DNA of 32,000 nucleotides from Fibrobacter succinogenes subsp. succinogenes S85 (GCF_000146505.1 NC_017448.1:3030001-3062000), one strand, 5' to 3'; positions 9,382-17,747 are shown, numbered from the stretch's first letter. The notes: generated by a model not told the origin, from the sequence alone. Made by a program: numbers and translations.

Positions 9382-10052
9382 TGACTAGAATTTTATCACG
9401 ACCCCCACGGTGGGACATCCTCGAAAAATTCTATCGTGTTTTTGATAAAGGCCGCAAACGCGGTTGCGTTGAACAGTGGCAAAAAGAAATGCCCAAAAAC
9501 CTTTTGGAACAGGAACTATTCGATACCAAAATACACATCGAATTCTTGACCGACCGTCGAGAAAAACTGAACAAGGAATTTCGCTGGACATTCGCAAACA
9601 TGAAAAAGCTAATCACGATGGACCAGCGCATCCGTGAACTCAACAACGAAATCAGCCGCACCTTCAATGCCACGAAAAAGGACATCGCCGGGCTCGTCGC
9701 GCAAAAACACGAGTGGTATAAAGAATACGAACTCGAAGCTGAAATTTGTCCCGCAAACGATTGGAGCATCGCCGGTGAACACGAATACATCAGCGATTTA
9801 CTTTTCTGGTATGTCAATTGGGATGCCATCAACATTCTTGCAAATACAAACGAAGATCATCACGAACGCCACAAGGCTTACAATGTTCCTGCCTGGAAGC
9901 AGATGATGCTTATAGACAAGTTTGTCGAAGACGGAGTTACTTGGGAACTCGATGCATTGCTTTACGACACTGATGCTAGCCTATACAGTTTCAAGGATGT
10001 CGTCCGATTCCGCCCAGAGCAATTTGAAGTGCGGTATAAGTTGAGCTTTTAA
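9378..10052 (+). CDS. hypothetical protein (224 aa), coiled-coil-rich middle
   Basis: ATGA overlap with the upstream ORF implies translational coupling. The central segment is heptad-like and charged (REKLNKEFRW...RIRELNNEISRTFNATKKDIAGLVAQKHEWYKEYELE). No recognisable catalytic motif. Confidence 0.6.
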   Translation: MMTRILSRPPRWDILEKFYRVFDKGRKRGCVEQWQKEMPKNLLEQELFDTKIHIEFLTDRREKLNKEFRWTFANMKKLITMDQRIRELNNEISRTFNATKKDIAGLVAQKHEWYKEYELEAEICPANDWSIAGEHEYISDLLFWYVNWDAINILANTNEDHHERHKAYNVPAWKQMMLIDKFVEDGVTWELDALLYDTDASLYSFKDVVRFRPEQFEVRYKLSF

Positions 10053-10076
10053 CATTAAAAAGGAGGCTGCTTCGTT

Positions 10077-11132
10077 ATGAAAAAGGCGAGAAGATTGCTT
10101 GATGAATTCTTGGAGAATAACAAGAATTTATTTAAACAGCATGATTTGGAAATTGATGCTGATGAAATACACGATGGTCAGCCTCAAAATGCTTATGCAT
10201 TTGTTGATGTCTTTGAAAAGTGCGATGAAAATAAAAATGGGTGGAATGTACATCCTTTCCCAGGACCGATTTGTTTAAGGATTGGATGTTGTGCGGCTGC
10301 AAATAATGGCTGTGGTTGCTTTTGCCTTTCGTTCTTTATCCCGATGGCGCTTGTTGGGCGGATTCCCGAGAAAATGGTTGATTTGATAATCCCGCACAAT
10401 CCAGATAAATGGACTGAGAAAAAATGGAATGGGACAGATTCTATTTTGATTAAACCTGAGCATTTTCGGCAATTGACTCTTGAAACGATTGGAGTTCGTT
10501 TTGATGGATTGAACTATGATGAAAGCCAAGAAATTGAATCAGATGATGTTCAAAAAATGATTGTTGAGAAAACTGCGCAATTGGAAAATGGAACATCGTG
10601 GTTTTATTCCTATTTCTTTGACAAGAATGATGCAGAGAGTGTTTTCGAAGAGCTTTTTGATGACATTATGCCGATATTAGAAAGTAAAAATTCAGATTGG
10701 TATGAATGCGTTGCTGAAATCCAGGCTCGTCGAGGTCAAGGACTTTTTCGGCGTCAGATGATGAAATATTGGGAAAATAAATGTGCGTTTACGGGATGCG
10801 ATAATCCTGAATTGTTGGTAGCTTGTCACGCAAAGCCTTGTGCTGCGTGTGAGAATGTCGAGCAACGAATGAGTCCATATAACGGATTTTTGTTAAGGAC
10901 TGATATTGCTTATTTGTTTAATAAAGGGCTCATTACTTTTCTTGATTGCGGTCTTATAGTTATTTCTAAAAAGCTAAGCGACGAGGACCAGAAAGCTTTT
11001 GGACTTTATGGCGATATGTCTATTCGGAAACTTGATGAAAAAAATCGTGAGTTTTTGCATTACCACCAAAAATATGTTTGGCAAGATCGCGATAGGGGCG
11101 AGCTGATTTTGAAGATGAATGGGTATCTGTGA
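10077..11132 (+). CDS. HNH endonuclease (HNH_2-type C-terminal domain) with unknown Cys-rich N-terminal domain
   Basis: RBS AAAGGAGG lies upstream. The C-terminus has RRGQGLFRRQMMKYWENKCAFTGC..LLVACHAKP...NGFLLRTDIAYLFNKGLITF, the pattern of stand-alone HNH nucleases of the PF13391 type. The N-terminal ~220 aa are unassigned (CLRIGCCAAANNGCGCFC). Confidence 0.75.
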   Translation: MKKARRLLDEFLENNKNLFKQHDLEIDADEIHDGQPQNAYAFVDVFEKCDENKNGWNVHPFPGPICLRIGCCAAANNGCGCFCLSFFIPMALVGRIPEKMVDLIIPHNPDKWTEKKWNGTDSILIKPEHFRQLTLETIGVRFDGLNYDESQEIESDDVQKMIVEKTAQLENGTSWFYSYFFDKNDAESVFEELFDDIMPILESKNSDWYECVAEIQARRGQGLFRRQMMKYWENKCAFTGCDNPELLVACHAKPCAACENVEQRMSPYNGFLLRTDIAYLFNKGLITFLDCGLIVISKKLSDEDQKAFGLYGDMSIRKLDEKNREFLHYHQKYVWQDRDRGELILKMNGYL

Positions 11133-11218
11133 TTCTATGTTGGAATAAGAATTACTGAATTTTGAAGGAAAATGAGTATAGATTTAAAGGAGGTGTATAA
11201 TCTAAAGAAGGGGAAAAT

Positions 11219-12595
11219 ATGTTTTATAGCAATAAATTACATAACAAGTCTAATATACAAAAATTGACTTTAGATGAACTTGTTAATCGATTGTCTTGTA
11301 AATCGGATGTCTTTGTCGTATCCTGTTTTTATGGTTTGGACACTATCCAAAATTTTTTTGATAAAATGTATGATTGTGGAAGACAAGGTCGCTCAACAAC
11401 CGTAATTGTTAGTTCGCAGGGTAGTTCCACAGATCGATTAATTTCAATTTTAAAAGATTTAACACGCGTTAAATTACATCAAACGCAGAAATTATATGTT
11501 TATGAAAATTCTTCTTTACTCCACACAAAATTATACCTATCAATGGATTCTAATGTTTCAAAAAACACATGTTGTTTAGTTGGTAGCCTGAATCTAAGTG
11601 ATAATGCTTTTTCTTCAAATGAGGAAATTTTAGTTGATATTGCAGAAACCAAAGACAAAAAAGCAGCAAGTGATTACATAGATTCCATTCTTTATGAAAA
11701 TGACAAAAGTTTGATAGATGTAAAAGAGTTGCAGAACGAAATGAAAGGCATAAAGGATATAGATGCTTTTTTAAAAGCTAAATATGCGAAGAAATGTGAG
11801 GCTATTTTCAATGGCACATTAAAAGATTTTATTGGTAATGGTTATATATTTTTTAAAGCGCAACGAAACTTTTCGCTGACATATCCCCAAAAATCATTAT
11901 GGGATAATTGGCTTTCAAATATTGACCCGCAAAGCAGGAAAAATCTTATTCCTAATACGAAGAATCCTCGATTAAATGTTTATGATTTACTAGGAATCAA
12001 TGAAGAAATTGATGAAGCTGATACTATCTATATAAAGCAAAATTCGGTTGAAACCAATTTGGGCTATTGGGTGCCCACAGGGAAAAGACATGATTTTATT
12101 CAAGAAACTATAAATAAGATTACGGATCAACGAAAAGAGAGGTATGATAGTATTAATAATATTCTAATTCAAAATAGAGAAAATCTTTCAAATGATACTT
12201 CAAAAAGACTAAAGGATTCTTTTGATAGATTAAATATGTTGTTGACAGAAGATAAAAAGCTCAAAGAAAATGATTTTGACGAGTTAAAAGAAGAATTCTG
12301 TCGTTTTATCCGTGAAAAATCAATGTGGTTCGAAAAAGGTGAAAATAAGGAATTGTATAAGCAAAACGGAATATATTTTAACCCTATGCCTAATTTTTGG
12401 GATGATATTCCTGCTGTAAAAGAGTTTAGAGAAAGCTTTTTTGATGATATAAAATTAAGACATTCAAAAAACGGGAAAAAGATTGTTGATGTTTTGTTTG
12501 AATATTTTGAAATGGAAAAAGGTGAGGTGAATTTAAATAAAAAATTGGGCGAATGGAAGAAAATAGATGAGGAATCCTTTAAACCTAAAGGTTAA
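11219..12595 (+). CDS. phospholipase-D-superfamily nuclease-like protein (single HKD, NgoFVII/BfiI/Nuc-like N-domain) with long K/E/N-rich helical C-terminal region
   Basis: LLHTKLYLSMD...CCLVGSLNLSDNAF gives HxK...D...GSxN, a single HKD motif at about residue 100. The remaining ~300 aa are low-complexity helical. The gene is very AT-rich. Confidence 0.6.
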   Translation: MFYSNKLHNKSNIQKLTLDELVNRLSCKSDVFVVSCFYGLDTIQNFFDKMYDCGRQGRSTTVIVSSQGSSTDRLISILKDLTRVKLHQTQKLYVYENSSLLHTKLYLSMDSNVSKNTCCLVGSLNLSDNAFSSNEEILVDIAETKDKKAASDYIDSILYENDKSLIDVKELQNEMKGIKDIDAFLKAKYAKKCEAIFNGTLKDFIGNGYIFFKAQRNFSLTYPQKSLWDNWLSNIDPQSRKNLIPNTKNPRLNVYDLLGINEEIDEADTIYIKQNSVETNLGYWVPTGKRHDFIQETINKITDQRKERYDSINNILIQNRENLSNDTSKRLKDSFDRLNMLLTEDKKLKENDFDELKEEFCRFIREKSMWFEKGENKELYKQNGIYFNPMPNFWDDIPAVKEFRESFFDDIKLRHSKNGKKIVDVLFEYFEMEKGEVNLNKKLGEWKKIDEESFKPKG

Positions 12596-12603
12596 ATTTT
12601 GCC

Positions 12604-13182
12604 GTGAATAAGAAAAATCAATTTGAATTCCGACCGCAAATAGCGGGGTACGATTGTGCCCCGACAGCTTTTATTAACGCTTTAATCTATTTATTTAAGC
12701 GTGAAGAAATTCCTATAGATGTTGTGCAAGGAATTTATAAAATTACTTTGAATGGGGGCTTATACCATGGATCTTCGGAAAAGGATATCGCAAAACTTTC
12801 AAAGTGGCTTAAGGATTATCGCAGAAAAGACTGGAGTTTTGCAGTTGATATAGATCGTCAAGTTGGGAGAATAGCGAACTTTGACAAAATTGATTTAGAA
12901 GATGAAAACGTATGTTGTATTTTACATGTGAAAATAGCTGGTGGGTACTGGCATTATATTACAGCCTTTTACGAAAAGGGCGACTATATTTATTGTTATG
13001 ATCCTTATTTTGAAGAAGAAAAAGAAACTCGTAATTGGCGTTCAAAGAAAATGAGAAATGGCTGTAATTTGAAAGTTAAAAGAGAATATCTATTTGCAGA
13101 AAAAGATAGCGGCGTTTATCGAACTGGGTTATCTAAGAATCGCGAGTTCATTTTAATAAAAAGGATTAAACCCGCGAAATAA
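12604..13182 (+). CDS. papain-fold cysteine peptidase-like protein (C39-like)
   Basis: GTG start 8 nt after the PLD gene stop. GYDCAPTAFINALIYLF is a candidate nucleophile Cys at a helix N-terminus. GGYWHYITAF is a candidate His and CYDPYF a candidate Asp/Asn. Order and spacing fit Peptidase_C39-like folds. Confidence 0.45.
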   Translation: MNKKNQFEFRPQIAGYDCAPTAFINALIYLFKREEIPIDVVQGIYKITLNGGLYHGSSEKDIAKLSKWLKDYRRKDWSFAVDIDRQVGRIANFDKIDLEDENVCCILHVKIAGGYWHYITAFYEKGDYIYCYDPYFEEEKETRNWRSKKMRNGCNLKVKREYLFAEKDSGVYRTGLSKNREFILIKRIKPAK

Positions 13183-13202
13183 ATTCTCCGCCATTCTAAT
13201 CT

Positions 13203-13811
13203 ATGCAAGAACAGACCTCCAAATTTATCAAATCCAAATCCGAAACCTGCTGTGATTTCTGGCAATCGCTTGTTAAAAAGATTTATGCCCCAAATGCTGA
13301 TGTGATTTTCCTGCATAGAAGGGATGTTCTTGCTGCTTTTAAACGCTTGCAAAAAGCGAAGCCAAATTACGGGTTTGAAATTTCTTATAAGCAAGAATCA
13401 AAGGGGTATCGGAATTGCGATAAGTCGCAAGTTGTTTGCTTGCGCAAGTCTTTGGGTAGTGCCGCTTCAATTGAATTCCTGGTAGATTGTGATGCTAAAT
13501 ATTTGAGCATTCGTTTTTCACATATTGACGCAGGGAAATTTAATGTTTCGTATGAACGCTGCTGGTGTAATCTTGAAGCGACTCTTGAAAACCTTGTGAA
13601 GTTCGTTGATGAATTCACGAATTATAACGAGCAATCGTCAAGAATTATAATGGAAATCGAAAAAGATTATACCATTCAAATGTCTTTTGATATTCAAAAC
13701 TATCTTGAGCAAATCCCGGCGTTGCAAAATGTTCTGAAGCAAACGGAAAACTTCTTAAAAGAAATTCCGTTCCCAATATCTATTAAGGCTCTTGACAAGA
13801 GTCGTTTTTGA
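13203..13811 (+). CDS. hypothetical protein (202 aa)
   Basis: ORF 20 nt after the peptidase gene on the same strand. No recognisable motif. Confidence 0.5.
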   Translation: MQEQTSKFIKSKSETCCDFWQSLVKKIYAPNADVIFLHRRDVLAAFKRLQKAKPNYGFEISYKQESKGYRNCDKSQVVCLRKSLGSAASIEFLVDCDAKYLSIRFSHIDAGKFNVSYERCWCNLEATLENLVKFVDEFTNYNEQSSRIIMEIEKDYTIQMSFDIQNYLEQIPALQNVLKQTENFLKEIPFPISIKALDKSRF

Positions 13812-13875
13812 ATTTATATTGTTGGTGAACAAATGTGTAATCCTGTCTTTTTTGCTTGTAGATGGGAAGGAGTAA

Positions 13876-14904
13876 ATGATGAAAAATGATGTCCCGGCAG
13901 TTGCCAAGTCTGAATTTTCCCTGATAGACGAAAATATGCTTAAATCGCGAATCTACACGATTCGTGGTCTCAAAGTCATGCTTGATGCTGACTTGGCGGA
14001 GATTTATGGGTATAGTACGAAGGCTTTTAATCAACAGATTAAGAATAATATCGAAAAATTCGATGAAGATTTTCGCTTTCAGCTGAATTTTGGGGAAATT
14101 GAAGAACTTTCAAGGTGCAAAATTTGCACCATGAACATGGAAACCGAAAATAAGGAACCTTCAAGGTCAAAATTTTTGACCTTGAACAAGGGCTCTCGCG
14201 GTTCAAATGTCAAGTATGCTCCTTACGCTTTTACCGAGCAAGGCATTTATATGCTTATGACTGTTCTCAAGGGCGAACGGGCGACGGCACAAAGCAAGGC
14301 TCTTATCCGCCTTTTCAAGCAGATGAAAGACTATATCATTGCTGAAAATCGGAATTTGTTGAGTAATGAAGGCCTAGTTCAAATAGCCATGCAAACGGAA
14401 TGGAATACCAAGGATATTGCCGTCATTCAGTCCGACTTGCAGAAGGTCATGGAAAATTTTGTTGATCCTTCTACCTACAAGCATTTCTTGATTTTGAATG
14501 GAAAAAAGTTGGAAGCGGATGTTGCTTATACGCAAATTTATGGCATGGCAAAGAAATCCATCGCCATTATTGACGATTATGTTGGCGTGAAAACGCTCGA
14601 TCTTTTGCGAGGAATTGCCAAGGGCGTTTCTGTGACAATTTATAGCGATGAACAAGGATTTGAATCGCTGGCAGATCAAATTAAGAATGATTTCTCGGCG
14701 GCTCGCCCTGATGTAAAGCTCTTCACGGATCGGACAAGGGGTAAAATCCATGACCGCTATATTTTTCTGGATTACGGCTTAAAAGGTGAAAAGCTTTTTC
14801 ACTGTGGTGCTTCATCTAAAGATGCTGGTAACAAAATTACTACCATCATGCAGATTGAGAATACTGAAATTTACCACATATTGATGGATAAATTAAAAAG
14901 ATAA
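13876..14904 (+). CDS. ORF6N (KilA-N-like) DNA-binding domain protein with C-terminal PLD-like HDR domain
   Basis: N-terminus has IYTIRGLKVMLDADLAEIYGYSTKAFNQQIKNNIEKFDEDFRFQL and APYAFTEQGIYMLMTVLKGERA (ORF6N family). C-terminus has KIHDRYIFLDYG..LFHCGASSKDAGNK, matching the HDRF-x-IID...GASLKDLGKK tail seen in this protein family. Confidence 0.75.
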   Translation: MMKNDVPAVAKSEFSLIDENMLKSRIYTIRGLKVMLDADLAEIYGYSTKAFNQQIKNNIEKFDEDFRFQLNFGEIEELSRCKICTMNMETENKEPSRSKFLTLNKGSRGSNVKYAPYAFTEQGIYMLMTVLKGERATAQSKALIRLFKQMKDYIIAENRNLLSNEGLVQIAMQTEWNTKDIAVIQSDLQKVMENFVDPSTYKHFLILNGKKLEADVAYTQIYGMAKKSIAIIDDYVGVKTLDLLRGIAKGVSVTIYSDEQGFESLADQIKNDFSAARPDVKLFTDRTRGKIHDRYIFLDYGLKGEKLFHCGASSKDAGNKITTIMQIENTEIYHILMDKLKR

Positions 14905-14906
14905 CA

Positions 14907-15314
14907 TTACCCTCTTATCAAAACAAATGGTTTACCCATTTCCTTTATACGCTTGAGGTTTTCTGCTGTGCCTTTGCTTTTTCCATCCCAAATCATAAGA
15001 GCTTGGTCACAATCTTTTGCCATTTGAACGTCTTTCACATAGTGAAAGGCGCGGCCGGTAAGGCCTTTGGCCGCTTCGGCGCATGAGTGGATTTTTGCGG
15101 ATGATGTAAAATTGTTTCTCGGGTTGACTCCGCTACAATAAACGGTTATATTGCTGAAACTCTTGGATTCAAGGTGCTTTTGTACGACGGCATCAACCCC
15201 GTAGCAATCACCGATAAGAATTTCATCGTTGTTTTCGATGAATTGGTCGATGAATATTTTTGCCAATTCAGGCAACTTTGAAATGGATTTTGATCCGGAT
15301 ATAAATATTTTCAT
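14907..15314 (-). CDS. small SLOG-superfamily Rossmann-like protein (DUF2493/YspA/DprA-like pattern)
   Basis: 135 aa. KIFISGSKSI, ILIGDCYGVDAVVQKHL, ITVYCSG and ALMIWDGKSKGTAENLKRIKEMGKPFVLI follow the GxR / GxxxGxD / xGSxGT layout of DUF2493- and DprA-type SLOG domains. RBS AAGAGG is present, 35 nt downstream of the AAA gene stop. Confidence 0.5.
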   Translation of the reverse strand: MKIFISGSKSISKLPELAKIFIDQFIENNDEILIGDCYGVDAVVQKHLESKSFSNITVYCSGVNPRNNFTSSAKIHSCAEAAKGLTGRAFHYVKDVQMAKDCDQALMIWDGKSKGTAENLKRIKEMGKPFVLIRG

Positions 15315-15349
15315 AGCGCCTCTTTATAGAAATTTTTTTCTCATATCAG

Positions 15350-17674
15350 TTATAACCCCATTCTGCGTCCTTCGCGAGTGTCCTTGCATTCGATTTCGTG
15401 GCGCAGTGCTTGCAGAATGTTTTCGGCGGAGATTTCGCTTTCGTCATAATAGCGGAATGATCCATAGACTGCGTTGAAATCGCCTGGTGCGAGTGATTTT
15501 AGCTCGCGAGCGGCGGCGGGGCATTCGACTTTCGGGAAAAACGCTTGCCATACTTTTTCGATTCCCTCTGGCTGCAAGTAGTTGAATTTTATCTTCAATG
15601 CGAATCGCCTGCGTGAAGCTGAGTCTAAATTATTGTTGAAGTTTGTTGCCGCAATGAAGATTCCCTTGAAGTTTTCCATTTGCGTTAATAGCTCGTTTAC
15701 TTGCGTTACTTCCCACCTGTGTTCGGCTCCGCCACGTTCCTGTAGAAAACTGTCCGCTTCATCTAAGAAAAGGATGGCTTTCTTTTCTTCGGCTTCATGG
15801 AACATTGCTCGAATGTTTTGCTCGGTTCCGCCAACGAAACAATCTAAAATTTCACTAGCTCGTTTTACAATGAGTTTACGGTCGAGAGTCCTTGCAATGT
15901 GCTTTGCGAGTTCTGTTTTGCCAGTACCGGGAGCTCCGTAGAATAGAGTGTTCAAGGATTCGGGACAGTCGTAATCATTGAAGTCTTTCCATTTGTCGTT
16001 GAATGAATTGATGACTTTCATGACTTTACTCATGTCGGTATCGATGTTCAGAGCATCTAAAATGTAATTGGGTGCATGGGTGTCTCTATCTCGATGAACA
16101 TATTCTCGCGAGAGTGATAGTAAATTGGATTGAGCTTCTGCTATAATGCGTACTGCTTTTTCGGGAGGAGTCTTGCTACCTTTCTCTTGCAGATGTTTTG
16201 CGCCTGCAATGGCCTGCGTGATACCGCCTGCGGTAATAGAAAGCTCGGATGCTAGTTGTTGAACGAATTTGTGTGACAACATGTTTTTTGCATCTTGCTC
16301 GCTAATGACAGATTCCCAGATTTCCATTCGTTTTTCGGAATCAAGCCTTTCAAATTCTATGGAATAATCGAATCTGCGACGTGTACTATTTTCGATATAT
16401 CTGATATTGTTTGAAATCCAAATGACGGGTACTTTGATTTGCTCCAAGAAAAAGTTAAGCGCTCCTTTTTCACAAAAATTCAGGATGATGTCGGCTTCAT
16501 CTACCAAGAGAATTGCACGCTTGTTTTGGTATTTGGTTGCTGCATACAAGATGCTTCCCATGCGTTCTTGGATGGAAGTGCTTTCTTTTGATTCTCTGTT
16601 TACGCCATCAATGCTTGTGTTGGTAAGGACTAACGGTCGCTTAAGTTCTTTGGCTATCGCTTTGGCGAGTTCCGTTTTGCCGGTTCCTTCGACTCCATAT
16701 AAGAAAATATTGATACCTTGGCCGATATCTACATGCTTGAGCATGTCGTATGCCATTTCGATTTTTGGGTTTTTGTTGCACAGCTTTTTATAGGGGACTG
16801 AATTGCCTTCGTAGACTTTGAAATAGAGAGAATCTAAGTCGCTGCCTGATGTCCCGTCTAGAAAGAGCGCTATTCGTTCGGATGTGTCGAGGTCGTTGTG
16901 GAGAATCCCCATCCGCTTGAGTGTTGATTTGTTCAAAATTGCGTTTTCTATTTGAAGTTCAGGATATAGCGTAGTAAATGTGTTTGCGTAATTTGATTCA
17001 TAGTGTCTATTGGATTCGACTATATTACGGAGGGCGCTGCATGTTTCTTTGTTGCGGAAAATCCATGCAAATATGAGAATTTCCATTTCTGTTGGATTGA
17101 GGTTGAACGATTTTTGTATGATGTCAAGACGTTTTTGATAGGGGTCGTCAAAAGAACTCGTTGTTTTGAGAATTTTTAACATTTCCTTTGAAATCCCATC
17201 GAAGAAAATCTTTTGGGCCGGAGCGTTGAAAATATCTTCGCCGTCAAGGTTTTGACCTGTGACATTTCGGATTGCGTCGATAGAGCTGTTGTTTTTGAGA
17301 ACTTCTCTAATTTTTGTTATTGTTTTCTGACGATCTTGGTAAAGTTCTGATTTGTCGGATTCTTCGACGTCGAATAGCTTGTTGTCAATTCTGATTTTTC
17401 TCTTATGGGAAGACTGCTTTGGGCTTTTTGGATGTTTATCTTCATCGTTGTTTTTTTGCTTAAAATGTTTAGCGAGTCTCTCTAAAATGCGTGAGGCGTT
17501 TTCTTTCGGAAGAATGGCGATGCTGTCTGATGCGTCTGGATATTTTTTTGTGCATCGAAGCATGCGAATCCAGTATTCGTAGCTCTTGAGCGTGATGAAA
17601 TTTAGGCCGATTAGTCTGTTTTCGGTTCTTTTTTGTAACGCCTTGCAAACTTTCTTGAAGTAATCTTTTTTCAT
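15350..17674 (-). CDS. tandem classical AAA+ ATPase (two AAA modules) with ~320-aa unknown N-terminal region
   Basis: D1 has GVEGTGKT (Walker A), AILLVDEAD (Walker B), WISNN and STRRRF. D2 has GAPGTGKT, AILFLDEADSF, FIAATNFNNNLDSASRRRF (sensor-1 and SRH arginines). The D2 context ASEILDCFVGGTEQNIRAMF is typical of the classical AAA clade. Confidence 0.85.
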   Translation of the reverse strand: MKKDYFKKVCKALQKRTENRLIGLNFITLKSYEYWIRMLRCTKKYPDASDSIAILPKENASRILERLAKHFKQKNNDEDKHPKSPKQSSHKRKIRIDNKLFDVEESDKSELYQDRQKTITKIREVLKNNSSIDAIRNVTGQNLDGEDIFNAPAQKIFFDGISKEMLKILKTTSSFDDPYQKRLDIIQKSFNLNPTEMEILIFAWIFRNKETCSALRNIVESNRHYESNYANTFTTLYPELQIENAILNKSTLKRMGILHNDLDTSERIALFLDGTSGSDLDSLYFKVYEGNSVPYKKLCNKNPKIEMAYDMLKHVDIGQGINIFLYGVEGTGKTELAKAIAKELKRPLVLTNTSIDGVNRESKESTSIQERMGSILYAATKYQNKRAILLVDEADIILNFCEKGALNFFLEQIKVPVIWISNNIRYIENSTRRRFDYSIEFERLDSEKRMEIWESVISEQDAKNMLSHKFVQQLASELSITAGGITQAIAGAKHLQEKGSKTPPEKAVRIIAEAQSNLLSLSREYVHRDRDTHAPNYILDALNIDTDMSKVMKVINSFNDKWKDFNDYDCPESLNTLFYGAPGTGKTELAKHIARTLDRKLIVKRASEILDCFVGGTEQNIRAMFHEAEEKKAILFLDEADSFLQERGGAEHRWEVTQVNELLTQMENFKGIFIAATNFNNNLDSASRRRFALKIKFNYLQPEGIEKVWQAFFPKVECPAAARELKSLAPGDFNAVYGSFRYYDESEISAENILQALRHEIECKDTREGRRMGL

Positions 17675-17711
17675 GTTTCACTCTCATTTTGTTATATCTC
17701 TAAAAATAGAT

Positions 17712-17742
17712 TTTTACTGCGACAAATAATGTCGTAATTTGA
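17712..17742 (-). repeat. 31-nt element, right copy (minus strand reads TCAAATTACGACATTATTTGTCGCAGTAAAA); 37 nt upstream of ATG 17674
   Basis: Perfect inverted copy of 8640-8670, in the same orientation relative to its downstream gene. Confidence 0.6.
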
Positions 17743-17747
17743 AGAAA

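Noticed and set aside
15350-17674. DEAD strings in the AAA protein as DEAD-box helicase motifs
   Set aside because: They occur as hhhhDEAD Walker-B motifs directly paired with GxxGxGKT P-loops, ATN sensor-1 and RRRF SRH. That is classical AAA architecture, with no helicase motifs Ia-VI.
8640-17742. The 31-nt inverted repeats as terminal inverted repeats of a transposon, or as invertase sites
   Set aside because: There are no target-site duplications (flanks CCCTATAC vs AGAAAGTG). No transposase, integrase or invertase lies between or beside the repeats. Both copies sit at promoter distance, in gene-matched orientation, with similarity extending toward the genes. A regulatory role is more parsimonious, though mobility is not formally excluded.
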